A DNA stretch of 64,000 nt from an uncultured Rikenella sp. (GTDB taxonomy: Bacteria; Bacteroidota; Bacteroidia; Bacteroidales; VadinHA17), in contig CAYVYM010000001.1 of NCBI GenBank assembly GCA_964455705.1, positions 131,930-195,929 on the forward strand, written 5' to 3'. The position numbers and the translations under genes are program-made. Position 1 is the first letter of the stretch; the number at the start of each line of letters is the position of its first letter. The notes below the pieces were generated by a model, which saw only the letters and a list, made by a program, of their open reading frames with translations, had not been told where the DNA came from and ran no database searches. Below are positions 1 to 10,395 of this stretch, piece by piece.

Positions 1-54
1 ATCCCCGCAGTTAAAAATTATTATCCTGCTCCGGTTGAAAAAGAGAACATAGCG

Positions 55-2211
55 ATGACCATTGCAACTCCCTCACTGGAGATTGCTTATAAACTTGAAA
101 AAGTAAAAGTAATCAGAAGATTGATTTCTCCTTTACTATCCGGTGGAGAACAGACGTTGATGCCGCTCGGTGTTGAAGAATATTTAGTTGAAAATGTTAC
201 CGGATATGATCAACAGGTTACACTCGTAATACCAAGACCATCATTGGTCAATCTCCAGGAAAAAGAGCTTAAACCTACTGATCAGGACAGTGTTTTCGTA
301 GCCACTGCGGCGGTCAGGGGACAGAAGCATGAAGAATTCCGGCTGGACGGTATCCGTGGTGTAATTATGGGCAGCACTGATAGTCAAAACAGAATGGCGA
401 TTGCGGTTGCTGATGTTCCGGGTGTTTCAGTGGATACACAACCCTATTTCTGTCTCAATAAATACTCAGGTGATCTGCTTTTAACCGGAGATGGTAGTTT
501 TTATGAAAAAAAGGGACCAGTTATCCGTAGTGATTATGGCGCGGCTATCAGTTTAACTTTTACTTTGAATCCGAATGAATCCAAGACAATTCCTTTCGCT
601 GTTGTTTTTGATTTTCCTGTGCAGGATTACATTGATGGAAAGACATTTGACAGAATATACCTGAAAAACTTCAAAGACGAGGAAACACGCACTCCGGATT
701 TGGCAAGGATAGCCTTAAACAGTTACAGGCAATGGTGGGATCGCACATTGACAATTCAGAAACGGATCTTTGATCTGATCTCTTCTACTTCTTCCTACAA
801 GGATGACCGCGAAGGTGCATTTCGTCTGACAAGGCTGATGTTGAATGAACTCCATTTCCCTTTATCGAACGCAATTGTCTGGATAGAGAATGAAGAAGGA
901 AAAGAGCAGGCACGATTCCTGGAATGTTTTGACTATGCCTATATTGATCCTTCTGATGTGGATTGGTATTCAATGGTACTACTAATGCTTTTTCCCGAGG
1001 TGGAAAAAGACCTGTGCCAGGCATTTATAAATTCAATACAGGCAGTTGATCCTACACCCCGATGGTATCATCATCATGCTTCTTTTGTGCAGGCACAGAT
1101 GCATTTTAATGAACATCGCGAGGATTATGAAGGTGTATCCCTTACGCAGATCCGTGATGACTTCAAGACCAAAGGCAGTGTTGCCCATGATGTCGGTGCA
1201 ATGCCTAAGGGCCATCCGCTGCGTAACGTGAGTGATTACGCATGGTATAATAATAATTACTGGGTCGATCTGTATCCCAAACTGATGATGCGTGTGTTAC
1301 GCAATGTAAAATTCACGGGGGAAATTGAATTTCTTAAATCGAACTGGGAGACGCTGAAGTTCGGACTGGAATCGTTGCTGAAACTCGATTTTGACAATGA
1401 TGGTATTCCTGAAGGGCATCCGGACGATGTTAAAAACACGTTTGATAACCTGGTACTTTTCGGCGCCGATGCCTATGATGCAACTCAATTCCTGGGAGGC
1501 TGCCAGGCATTGATCAAAATGGCACAGATGCTTGGTGAAAAGGCTGATGAGGAACACATCAAAAAGGTGTACGATAAAGCCTGGAATAGTTTTGAGAAAT
1601 TATGGCGGGAAGATGTGAATATAAAAGGTGAGAAACTCGAATATTACGTTACCTGCTTTGATCCTGATTCAGGGAATACAAATACGGATGTATGGACTAA
1701 TCAACTTGATGCTTTGTGGTACTTAACTGCAATTGGAGAAGCACCTGCAATTCCGGAAGAACGTGTTAAAAAGATTCTCAAAGCTATCTATAATACAAAT
1801 CGTTCGTTTATGGGTTGGGCCATGTGCAAAACGAAGGATGGAGAGCCTGTTGAATCGGAACAGGGACAGGATGTGTATACAACTACGAATTATGTTTTTG
1901 CCCAGTTGCTGGATTATTACGGTATGGTTGAGGAAAGTAAAGAGGTATATAAATATATGGATCGCGTTGTATTTAACTATGCAAATACCCTGACAACTCC
2001 GGATAATCTTCGGGCAGAGCTGGAACTTGAAGCAGGCGAATCAAAAGCTAATCCACATTACATTGTTGCTGCCTATCCAAGGCCCGGTGCAGTATGGTCA
2101 CACCTGGTGTTGAATCACATCAAGGATCTGCAGGCGAAAAACAAAACCAAGACTATAGAGCCGAAAGACCTGATACCTTTCTATCCGTGGTTGATAGGTG
2201 ATTCTGAATAA
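55..2211 (+). CDS. Glycoside hydrolase, clan GH-O-like (GH116/GH52-type, DUF608 (alpha/alpha)6 domain)
   Basis: 718-aa ORF. The C-terminal half has motifs I associate with GH116/DUF608 enzymes (ECFDYAYIDPSDVDWYSMVLLMLFPEVEK, VAHDVGAMP, WVDLYPKLMMRVLR, DFDNDGIPEG...NTFD). Family assigned from remembered motifs only. Confidence 0.55.
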   Translation: MTIATPSLEIAYKLEKVKVIRRLISPLLSGGEQTLMPLGVEEYLVENVTGYDQQVTLVIPRPSLVNLQEKELKPTDQDSVFVATAAVRGQKHEEFRLDGIRGVIMGSTDSQNRMAIAVADVPGVSVDTQPYFCLNKYSGDLLLTGDGSFYEKKGPVIRSDYGAAISLTFTLNPNESKTIPFAVVFDFPVQDYIDGKTFDRIYLKNFKDEETRTPDLARIALNSYRQWWDRTLTIQKRIFDLISSTSSYKDDREGAFRLTRLMLNELHFPLSNAIVWIENEEGKEQARFLECFDYAYIDPSDVDWYSMVLLMLFPEVEKDLCQAFINSIQAVDPTPRWYHHHASFVQAQMHFNEHREDYEGVSLTQIRDDFKTKGSVAHDVGAMPKGHPLRNVSDYAWYNNNYWVDLYPKLMMRVLRNVKFTGEIEFLKSNWETLKFGLESLLKLDFDNDGIPEGHPDDVKNTFDNLVLFGADAYDATQFLGGCQALIKMAQMLGEKADEEHIKKVYDKAWNSFEKLWREDVNIKGEKLEYYVTCFDPDSGNTNTDVWTNQLDALWYLTAIGEAPAIPEERVKKILKAIYNTNRSFMGWAMCKTKDGEPVESEQGQDVYTTTNYVFAQLLDYYGMVEESKEVYKYMDRVVFNYANTLTTPDNLRAELELEAGESKANPHYIVAAYPRPGAVWSHLVLNHIKDLQAKNKTKTIEPKDLIPFYPWLIGDSE

Positions 2212-2231
2212 TATTTATATTATAAGTTGAA

Positions 2232-3131
2232 ATGATTATGAGCAAAAATTATGATATCACATTTGTGGGGCACATGTGCTTTGATGAGATCGTTCCCTTC
2301 GGAGGAAAATCACGTGTAGCTCCGGGAAGTGCTGTTTTATGCGGAGCCATGGTGGCGGCAAGGGTTGGCAAGAAGGTTGCTGTTGTTGCTAAAATGGCCA
2401 AAAAGGACGAGGAAATCCTTCAGCCCATGAAAGATCTGGGCATCGATTGTTATCTTATTCCCAGCGCAGAAACCTCGTATAACAGGGTGGTACACTTTTC
2501 AGCTAATGTCGATGAACGTGAAATGACCCTTATCAAATCGGCCGGAATAATCGACATCAAAGATGTTCCTGAATTGGATTCTACATGTGTTCACCTGGCC
2601 GGAATTTCGGATACCGAATTTGATATGCCACTCATGAAGGGATTGAAAGCCAGAAACTACCCGAGCCTGTCGGTTGATATGCAGAGCTTTGTGCGCCATA
2701 TCAATCCCGTGACAAAAAACCACGAGTTCAGCGACGTTGCAGATAAAAGGGAAATTGCTGCTATGATGAACAGACTAAAATTGGATGTTGTAGAAGCCAA
2801 ACTTCTTACCGGTACAGATGATCTTGAAAAGGCTGCAATAATCGTCGAATCATGGGGTTGTCCCGAAATTTTAATTACACATGCCGAGGGAGTGCTTGCG
2901 AGAGTTAAAGGGAAGACATATTATGAAAAATTCTCCAACAACAGTGTAGCTGGCAGAACTGGCAGGGGCGATACAACTTTTGCTGCATACCTCTCGCACA
3001 GATTGGATCACGAAATTCCTGAATCATTGAAGTTCGCTGCCGCACTTGTATCAATCAAGATGGAAACACCCGGCCCATTTAGCGGAACACTTGATGATGT
3101 CAATAAAAGACTGAAAGAAAAACATTCCTGA
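2232..3131 (+). CDS. PfkB-family carbohydrate kinase
   Basis: 299-aa ORF with a ribokinase-like C-terminal signature (GRTGRGDTTFAAYL). It lies 20 nt downstream of the hydrolase gene. Substrate cannot be assigned. Confidence 0.8.
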   Translation: MIMSKNYDITFVGHMCFDEIVPFGGKSRVAPGSAVLCGAMVAARVGKKVAVVAKMAKKDEEILQPMKDLGIDCYLIPSAETSYNRVVHFSANVDEREMTLIKSAGIIDIKDVPELDSTCVHLAGISDTEFDMPLMKGLKARNYPSLSVDMQSFVRHINPVTKNHEFSDVADKREIAAMMNRLKLDVVEAKLLTGTDDLEKAAIIVESWGCPEILITHAEGVLARVKGKTYYEKFSNNSVAGRTGRGDTTFAAYLSHRLDHEIPESLKFAAALVSIKMETPGPFSGTLDDVNKRLKEKHS

Positions 3132-3218
3132 AAAGACCAGATATGACCGGTCGGCCTGTATTGTAAGAAGTCTTTCAAAACGGTTTTTATATAGGTGCAG
3201 CGCTTGATGATTTAATTG

Positions 3219-3232
3219 CGCAACCGATTGCA
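3219..3232. promoter_or_regulatory. Candidate LacI-family operator (CGCAACCGATTGCA)
   Basis: Matches the LacI/CcpA-type consensus TGnAAnCGnTTnCA at 9 of its 10 specified positions (first base is C, not T). It sits 57 nt upstream of the LacI-family gene start at 3289. Confidence 0.4.
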
Positions 3233-3288
3233 AAAAATAATTCAAAATATTTCAATTTTATAGGTTTTATTATTTATTTTGAAGAATT

Positions 3289-4338
3289 ATGACCGGAATG
3301 AAGAAAAAAGGCGAGGTGACTATCTATGACATCTCGAAAGCGCTGAATATATCAGCATCAACGGTCTCCCGCGGCCTGAATAACAGTCCCCAGGTCAGGA
3401 AAGAGCTCAGGCGGAAGATAATGCTTACGGCCCAGGAGATGGGATACCAGCACAACAAGTTTGCCGCCAATCTGAGGCAGAAGAGAACACGCACGCTGGG
3501 GGTGGTCATCCCGCGGATTGACAGCCACTTCATGTCAACGGTTATATCAGGCATGGAAAATGTGGCAAACAAGGCAGGATACCAGCTGCTGATAAGCCAG
3601 AGCGAAGAATCGGCAGCACTTGAGGAGGCCAACATTCAGGCGTTGTTCAACAGCCGTGTTGACGGCCTGCTGGTATCACTTTCCTTTGAGACAAAAAACC
3701 AGGACGCCTTTAAAAACGTCTTCCGTAAGGACATGCCCCTCGTCTTCTTCGACAGGGTCTTCGAATGCAGTAACTGTGTCAGTGTCATCATTGATAACTA
3801 CAGGGCCGGCTATGATGCAACCAGGCATCTTATTGACCAGGGCTGCAGGAAAATTGTACATGTGGGTGGCAGCATGAACCGTAATGTCTATAACGACAGG
3901 TACCGCGGATACAGGCAGGCACTTGCCGACAGCTCCCTGGATTATGACGACAGGCTGCTGATCTTAACTGACCTGAGCGACAGGACCGGCGTATCTGTGA
4001 TTCGTCAGCTCCTTGGCAATGGCACGATGCCTGACGGCATCTTCAGCGCCAATGACACTTCAGCCGTCTCACTCATTTGTGAACTGAAGAAAAAGGGATA
4101 CAGAGTGCCTGACGATGTCGCGGTGGTGGGGTTCAATGACGACCCGGTGTCACGGATCGTCGAGCCCAACCTCACAACCATACATTATCCGGGAAGGGCT
4201 ATGGGAGAGGTGGCGGCGTCAACGATGATACGCATACTGGAGGGCACACAGTATGAAAAGGTGAATTCAATAATTCTTTCGCATGAACTGATTGTGAGGG
4301 AGTCATCAATCAGGGCCGGCAAACCTGTGCAACCATGA
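3289..4338 (+). CDS. LacI-family transcriptional regulator
   Basis: N-terminal HTH TIYDISKALNISASTVSRGLNN followed by a sugar-binding fold. Its stop overlaps the next start (ATGA at 4335-4338). Confidence 0.9.
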   Translation: MTGMKKKGEVTIYDISKALNISASTVSRGLNNSPQVRKELRRKIMLTAQEMGYQHNKFAANLRQKRTRTLGVVIPRIDSHFMSTVISGMENVANKAGYQLLISQSEESAALEEANIQALFNSRVDGLLVSLSFETKNQDAFKNVFRKDMPLVFFDRVFECSNCVSVIIDNYRAGYDATRHLIDQGCRKIVHVGGSMNRNVYNDRYRGYRQALADSSLDYDDRLLILTDLSDRTGVSVIRQLLGNGTMPDGIFSANDTSAVSLICELKKKGYRVPDDVAVVGFNDDPVSRIVEPNLTTIHYPGRAMGEVAASTMIRILEGTQYEKVNSIILSHELIVRESSIRAGKPVQP

Positions 4339-6491
4339 AAAAAGAAATTCTGGCAATAGTAATCCTGGCGGGTCTCGGCCTGTCTGCCCCGGCATTGGCT
4401 GACGACGGGTACAGGTTGTGGCTGAAGTATGATCAGATCACTGACAAAGCCTACCTGAAGGAGTGCAGCAAGACGCTGTCAGGTGTGATGATAACCGGAG
4501 ATTCCCCGGTAATAAGTGCTGCACATGATGAGCTTATTGCAGGACTCGTTGGCATGACCGGCAGGCAGGTCACTGAGGTCAGCTCACTTAAAAGGAACGG
4601 AACACTTGTTGCCGGAACCTTCCGGTCGTCACCTGTGGTAGCATCACTGCTTCCGGACGTGGCACCAGGAACAATCGGAGAGGAGGGATATATTATAAGG
4701 TCAGTCACCATGGGAGGGAAAAAAATCACTGTAATTGCCTCCGAAGGCGACAGGGGAGTCCTTTACGGGGTCTTTCATCTCCTCAGGCTGGTGAGTATGC
4801 AATCGTCCCTTGAGGACCTTTCAGTCACAGAGAAGCCCGCCACGGTCCTCAGGCTCCTCAACCACTGGGATAACCTCGACAGGAGCGTTGAACGCGGTTA
4901 TGCCGGCGAGTCTGTCTGGAACTGGCACCTTCTCCCGGGTTATATCTCGCCCCGGTACAGAGATTACGCAAGAGCCAACGCCTCCATTGGCATAAATGGT
5001 ACGGTCATCACCAACGTCAACGCCAATGCGCTGGTGCTCACCCCGCAGTATCTTGCAAAGGTAGCTGCGCTTGCCGATGTCATGAGGCCTTACGGGATAA
5101 AAGTCTATCTCACCGCACGTTTCAGTGCCCCGGCGGAGACAGGCGGACTGGCCACCTCTGACCCCCTTGATCCGGCTGTCGCCCGCTGGTGGAAGGAAAA
5201 GGCAACGGAGATATATGCCCTCATTCCCGATTTCGGGGGGTTCCTGGTCAAAGCCAACTCCGAGGGACAACCCGGTCCGCAGAATTACGGGCGCTCGCAT
5301 GCAGACGGGGCAAACATGCTTGCCGACGCCGTCGCGCCTTATGGAGGTGTGGTCATGTGGAGAGCATTTGTATACGACAATAACGTCCCGGTCGACAGGG
5401 CAAAACAGGCCTATAATGAGTTTGTTCCTCTCGACGGAACCTTCAGGAGCAATGTCCTGGTACAGGTCAAGAACGGAGCGGTGGACTTTCAGCCCCGGGA
5501 GCCCTTTCATCCGCTATTTGGCGCCATGCCTTCCACCCCGCTGATGATGGAATTCCAGATAACTCAGGAGTACCTTGGGTGTTCCACACACCTTGTCTTC
5601 CTGGCACCACTCTTTGAGGAATGCCTCAGGAGCGACACCCATGCCGCCGGTCCGGGATCGGAAGTCGCGAGGGTGATCGACGGCACACTCCATGGTCACA
5701 GCCTGACAGGCATGGCCGGAGTCGCAAATATTGGCAGTGAGAGGAACTGGACGGGACATCTCTTCGGACAGGCCAACTGGTATGCCTTCGGGCGCCTTGC
5801 CTGGCAGCCCTCCTTGTCTTCAGCCACAATCGCCTCCGAATGGATCAGGATGACACTGACGCATGATTATGAGATAGCAGAGGGGATAAGCACTATGATG
5901 CTAAGCTCGCGCGAGGCCGCAGTGAATTATATGACACCCCTTGGCCTTCACCACATCATGGCCGAAGGTCACCACTGGGGCCCCGGACCGTGGGTCAATC
6001 GCGGACGGCCTGACTGGACCTCGGTCTATTACCACAGGGCAGACACAAACGGTATCGGGTTTGACCGGACAAGAGAAGGCAGTGATGCCGTGAGCCAGTA
6101 CTTCCCTCCGCTGAATGATATTTTCAATGACCCGGATGAGTGCCCTGAAAATATGCTGCTGTGGTTCCATCATGTTCCCTGGGATCAAACGATGAAGTCG
6201 GGCAGAACACTCTGGGATGAAATGTGCATCAAATACCAGGAAGGGGTCAATCAGGCAGAAGCATACGGAGCTTACTGGGAGACACTTAACGGAAGGATTG
6301 ATGACGGCCAGTATGAACATGTAAGGCAGTTGCTTGAAATACAGGCCAGGGAGGCCCGCTGGTGGAAAGATGCCTGCCTGTTATATTTTCAGACATTCTC
6401 CCGCAGAACCATCCCGGCAGGGGTTGACAAGCCGGAACATGATCTTGACTATTACAGGGGATTGAGGTTTTACTATGTTCCGGGAATTTAA
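4335..6491 (+). CDS. aguA: Alpha-glucuronidase, GH67
   Basis: 718 aa with a signal peptide, then DDGYRLWLKY (the hallmark GH67 N-terminus). Also has the conserved EFQITQEYLG block and a typical length. Confidence 0.9.
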   Translation: MKKEILAIVILAGLGLSAPALADDGYRLWLKYDQITDKAYLKECSKTLSGVMITGDSPVISAAHDELIAGLVGMTGRQVTEVSSLKRNGTLVAGTFRSSPVVASLLPDVAPGTIGEEGYIIRSVTMGGKKITVIASEGDRGVLYGVFHLLRLVSMQSSLEDLSVTEKPATVLRLLNHWDNLDRSVERGYAGESVWNWHLLPGYISPRYRDYARANASIGINGTVITNVNANALVLTPQYLAKVAALADVMRPYGIKVYLTARFSAPAETGGLATSDPLDPAVARWWKEKATEIYALIPDFGGFLVKANSEGQPGPQNYGRSHADGANMLADAVAPYGGVVMWRAFVYDNNVPVDRAKQAYNEFVPLDGTFRSNVLVQVKNGAVDFQPREPFHPLFGAMPSTPLMMEFQITQEYLGCSTHLVFLAPLFEECLRSDTHAAGPGSEVARVIDGTLHGHSLTGMAGVANIGSERNWTGHLFGQANWYAFGRLAWQPSLSSATIASEWIRMTLTHDYEIAEGISTMMLSSREAAVNYMTPLGLHHIMAEGHHWGPGPWVNRGRPDWTSVYYHRADTNGIGFDRTREGSDAVSQYFPPLNDIFNDPDECPENMLLWFHHVPWDQTMKSGRTLWDEMCIKYQEGVNQAEAYGAYWETLNGRIDDGQYEHVRQLLEIQAREARWWKDACLLYFQTFSRRTIPAGVDKPEHDLDYYRGLRFYYVPGI

Positions 6492-6522
6492 ATACAATAA
6501 ATAAACGTCCAAAGAATATTCT

Positions 6523-7557
6523 ATGAATGACAGACACTGGGAGACCCTGCTGAGGGTCATTAACGGCGAGAAGTTACAGGACCGGCCTGTGGGATTCATT
6601 ATCGACAGCCCCTGGCTGCCTGGCTGGTACGGATCAACTATCCTTGATTATTTTACTGACCCTGTGACCTGGTATGAGGCAAATGTCAAGGCTTCAAAGA
6701 CATTCCCCGAGGTGCTGTTCCTCCCGGGTTACTGGGCCGAGTACGGTATGTGTACCGAACCTTCAGCATTTGGGACCAAGCTGGTCTGGACAGTGAACGA
6801 CTTCCCCCATCCGGTAAAACTGCAATGTACTGCGGAGGCAATTTCGAAGCTTGAGAAACCCAATGTGAGTACAGACGGGCTTCTTCCATTCGTTATGGCC
6901 AGGATGGCGAAATATGAGGAGAAGCTGAAGGAGAACGGGTGCCGGTACAGGTTCGCCTCGAGCCGCGGGCCGCTCAACATAGCCTCTTTCCTCTTTGGCA
7001 CCACCGACTTCATGCTGGCGCTGGCCATCACCCCCGAGGAGGCTGACAAGGCACTGACGGTGATAACTGATTTCGTAATTGACTGGCTGTCTCTCCAGTA
7101 TGAAAAATTCCCCGATATAGAGGGGGTATTACTCCTTGATGACATCGTCGGTTTCCTTGGTCAGCCCGATTTTGAAGCCTTTGTACTTCCACACCTTAAA
7201 AGGATATATCAGACCTTCAACCCGAAGGTTGGGTTCTTCCATAATGATGCCTCCGGAATAATTACTGCCGGATACCTTGAAGAGATAGGCATCAATCTCT
7301 TTAATTACAGCTTCAATCACCCTGTAGATGAGATGAGGAGGCTCACCGGCGACAGCGTCACCCTGCTTGGCAACCTCCCGCCCAGGGATGTGCTGGCCAT
7401 GGGTACTCCGGCCGAGGTGGAAGCCGGCGTCATTAGCATGATGCGTTCAGTGTCAGACGAGAAAAGAATCATCTGGTCATGCGGAGGAGGAATGCCCCCG
7501 GATGCTTCTACGGAAAATTTACGTACATTTATCACGACAGTGAGAAATTATTCGTAA
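6523..7557 (+). CDS. Uroporphyrinogen-decarboxylase (URO-D) family protein, MtaA/CmuA-like
   Basis: 344 aa. The N-terminus LLRVINGEKLQDRPVGF and the C-terminus GNLPPRDVLAMGTPAEVEAGV...CGGGMPP fit the URO-D fold family. It sits between aguA and xylB with 31-nt and 10-nt gaps. Confidence 0.75.
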   Translation: MNDRHWETLLRVINGEKLQDRPVGFIIDSPWLPGWYGSTILDYFTDPVTWYEANVKASKTFPEVLFLPGYWAEYGMCTEPSAFGTKLVWTVNDFPHPVKLQCTAEAISKLEKPNVSTDGLLPFVMARMAKYEEKLKENGCRYRFASSRGPLNIASFLFGTTDFMLALAITPEEADKALTVITDFVIDWLSLQYEKFPDIEGVLLLDDIVGFLGQPDFEAFVLPHLKRIYQTFNPKVGFFHNDASGIITAGYLEEIGINLFNYSFNHPVDEMRRLTGDSVTLLGNLPPRDVLAMGTPAEVEAGVISMMRSVSDEKRIIWSCGGGMPPDASTENLRTFITTVRNYS

Positions 7558-7567
7558 AAGGATCCTT

Positions 7568-9055
7568 ATGCTATTATTGGGTATTGACCTCGGCAGCTCA
7601 TCGGTGAAGGTCTCCGTTGTCAACGGAGAGACCGGCAGAGCACTATCATCCGCTTCCTATCCTCCCTCCGAGATGGAGATCTCCGCCCCCATGCCCGGGT
7701 GGGCTGAGCAGGACCCGGAAGTGTGGTGGAAGAACTTTGCCCTGGCCCTCGCAGCCTGTCTTAAACCTCTTGGCACAAAGAGAAAGGATATTGGCGCTAT
7801 CGGGGTAGCTTACCAGATGCACGGGCTGGTCATCATTGACAGTGACAGGAATGTGCTTCGGCCCTCAATAATATGGTGTGACAGCAGGGCTGTGGAGACC
7901 GGAGAGAAAGCGTTTGAGAAGATGGGGAAGGATTTCTGCCTGCATCACCTTTTGAACTCCCCGGGCAACTTCACCGCCTCGAAGCTGGCATGGGTCAGGG
8001 AGAACGAGCCTGCTATCTTCAAACGCATTCACAAGATCATGCTTCCCGGTGATTATCTTGCAATGAGACTTACCGATGAGATAAAAACTTCATATACAGG
8101 ACTTTCGGAAGGGATCTTCTGGGATTTCATGAGGAAAGAGATTTCGGAGGAGTTACTTGAATACTACGGCATTGCTCCTGAGCTGCTGGCTGAGCCTGCA
8201 GAGTCATTCTCAGTGCAGGGTCACCTTACCCCTGCCATGGCGGAGGAGCTCGGGCTTCCATCCGGCATACCCGTTTCGTACAGGGCAGGAGATCAGCCTA
8301 ACAATGCCCTGTCACTCAACGTACTGAACCCGGGAGAGGTAGCCACTACCGCCGGCACATCCGGGGTGATATACGGTGTCACTGACATTACTCAGTTTGA
8401 CCCCCTCTCGCGTATTAACACCTTCCTGCATGTCAACCACACTGATCGGAAAACACGTCTCGGAGTGCTGCTCTGCATAAACGGTACAGGCATTCTTAAC
8501 TCGTGGCTCCAGAAAAATACAGCATCCGGACTGTCATACCCCGGGATGAATGACCTGGCGGCATCAGTGGAGCCCGGCAGTGACGGACTCGTAATCCTTC
8601 CCTTTGGAAACGGTTCCGAGAGAATGTTTCGTAACAGCGACATAGGGGCATCGGTACACGGCCTGAACTTCAACATTCACCGGCAGGGCCATCTCTACCG
8701 GGCGGCACAGGAGTCGATAGCCTACTCGTTCCGGTTCGGCCTCGAAATTATGAAGGAGACGGGCATTAACCCGGCGGTGATCAGGGCCGGTGAGTCGAAC
8801 CTCTTCCTGAGCAGGGTCTTCAGGGAGGTGCTTTCCAGTCTCACATCGACCGTAATCACCCTTTACAATACCGACGGTTCTATCGGTGCAGCCCGCGGCG
8901 CAGGCATCGGATGCGGCTATTACAAGTCTGAACGGGATGCCTTCAATGGCCTTGAGATCACCGGGAAAAGCGAACCGGACAACAAACTGGCGGTACTCTA
9001 TGATGAGAAATACATGGAATGGCTTGATATTTTGGAGAATCAATTAAATGAATAG
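7568..9055 (+). CDS. xylB: Xylulokinase (FGGY family)
   Basis: 495 aa. FGGY N-terminal motif [15 protein letters not shown] and AYQMHGLV. It is adjacent to xylA. Confidence 0.85.
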   Translation: MLLLGIDLGSSSVKVSVVNGETGRALSSASYPPSEMEISAPMPGWAEQDPEVWWKNFALALAACLKPLGTKRKDIGAIGVAYQMHGLVIIDSDRNVLRPSIIWCDSRAVETGEKAFEKMGKDFCLHHLLNSPGNFTASKLAWVRENEPAIFKRIHKIMLPGDYLAMRLTDEIKTSYTGLSEGIFWDFMRKEISEELLEYYGIAPELLAEPAESFSVQGHLTPAMAEELGLPSGIPVSYRAGDQPNNALSLNVLNPGEVATTAGTSGVIYGVTDITQFDPLSRINTFLHVNHTDRKTRLGVLLCINGTGILNSWLQKNTASGLSYPGMNDLAASVEPGSDGLVILPFGNGSERMFRNSDIGASVHGLNFNIHRQGHLYRAAQESIAYSFRFGLEIMKETGINPAVIRAGESNLFLSRVFREVLSSLTSTVITLYNTDGSIGAARGAGIGCGYYKSERDAFNGLEITGKSEPDNKLAVLYDEKYMEWLDILENQLNE

Positions 9056-9065
9056 AAACACTACT

Positions 9066-10388
9066 ATGGCAAAAAAGAAGACTGGTGAGGCTTTCCCGGG
9101 AATCGGGAAGATCAGGTATGAAGGCAGGGAATCAAAGAACCCTCTTGCATTCAAATGGTATGACCCCGAAGCAAAGGTCGGAGGTAAAAAAATGAAGGAT
9201 CTTTTGCGGTTTGCAATCGCATACTGGCATTCGTTCTGCGGCGACGGCACTGACACATTCGGGGCGAAGACAAGGGATTTTCCGTATGACGGAATGGAAG
9301 GCGACGAGCGGATAAAAGTCAAACTTGACATGGCCTTCGAGTTCTTTGACAAGATTGGAGCACCGTTCTATTGCTTTCATGATACTGACCTGGTTGGAGA
9401 CGGTTCTGTCTTCGAGATCGAAAAGCGCCTTGAGAAGTGGGTGCCGGTGATCAAGGCACGACAGAAGGAGACGGGCATGAAGCTGCTCTGGGGTACTGCC
9501 AACCTCTTTGGCAATCCCCGTTACATGAACGGCGCTGCCACCAATCCTGATTTCAACGTGGTCACCAATGCTGCCGTGCAGCTGAAGAATGCCATTGATG
9601 CTACCATTGCCCTGGGCGGGCAGGGGTATGTCTTCTGGGGAGGACGCGAAGGCTATCTTTCACTGCATAACACCGATATGAAGCGTGAGCTTGATCACCT
9701 GGCCATGATGCTTACCCTTGCGCGCGACTACGGCCGCAAGAAAGGCTTCAAAGGCACCTTCTACATCGAACCCAAACCGATGGAGCCCACCAAGCACCAG
9801 TACGACTTCGACGCAGCAACGGTAACAGGTTTTCTCCGTCACTATGGCCTTGACAAGGACTTCAAACTGAACGTGGAGGTCAACCATGCCACACTGGCAG
9901 GTCACTCGTTCCAGCATGACCTGCAGACGGCTGCTGATGCTGACATGCTCGGCAGCATAGATGCCAACAGGGGCGACTATCAAAACGGGTGGGATACTGA
10001 TGAGTTCCCCACCAACATCAATGAGATCACTGAAGCCATGCTTGTAATTCTCAGGGCTGGAGGATTCAAGACCGGGGGCATCAACTTCGACGCTCATGTG
10101 CGACGCAACTCCACCGACCCCGAGGATCTCTTTATTGCTCACATCAACGGCATGGATACTTTTGCCCGCGGGCTTGTAATAGCTGACCGCATTCTTAAGG
10201 AATCAGACTATCTGAAAATGCGCAAGACAAGGTATGCTTCGTTTGACAAGGGTGACGGCGCTCTCTATGAGAAGGGCAAACTGACTCTAGAAGACCTCCA
10301 TGCCATGGCCGGGAAGGTTGGAGAACCGAAGAAGATCAGCGGCAGGCAGGAGCTTTATGAGCAGCTCATAAACATGTATATCATCTGA
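9066..10388 (+). CDS. xylA: Xylose isomerase
   Basis: Motifs [44 protein letters not shown] and [16 protein letters not shown] are all present. The ORF opens at ATG 9048. I prefer ATG 9066 ([20 protein letters not shown]) because it matches the usual XylA N-terminus. Confidence 0.93.
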   Translation: MAKKKTGEAFPGIGKIRYEGRESKNPLAFKWYDPEAKVGGKKMKDLLRFAIAYWHSFCGDGTDTFGAKTRDFPYDGMEGDERIKVKLDMAFEFFDKIGAPFYCFHDTDLVGDGSVFEIEKRLEKWVPVIKARQKETGMKLLWGTANLFGNPRYMNGAATNPDFNVVTNAAVQLKNAIDATIALGGQGYVFWGGREGYLSLHNTDMKRELDHLAMMLTLARDYGRKKGFKGTFYIEPKPMEPTKHQYDFDAATVTGFLRHYGLDKDFKLNVEVNHATLAGHSFQHDLQTAADADMLGSIDANRGDYQNGWDTDEFPTNINEITEAMLVILRAGGFKTGGINFDAHVRRNSTDPEDLFIAHINGMDTFARGLVIADRILKESDYLKMRKTRYASFDKGDGALYEKGKLTLEDLHAMAGKVGEPKKISGRQELYEQLINMYII

Positions 10389-10395
10389 TAACATC

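Noticed and set aside
4821-5510. 229-aa minus-strand ORF inside aguA, plus several other 60-140-aa antisense ORFs between 4.4 and 6.6 kb
   Set aside because: These are shadow ORFs on the opposite strand of a GC-rich, confidently identified GH67 gene. Their composition is Arg/Gly/Pro-rich, and they have no recognisable motifs or start context.
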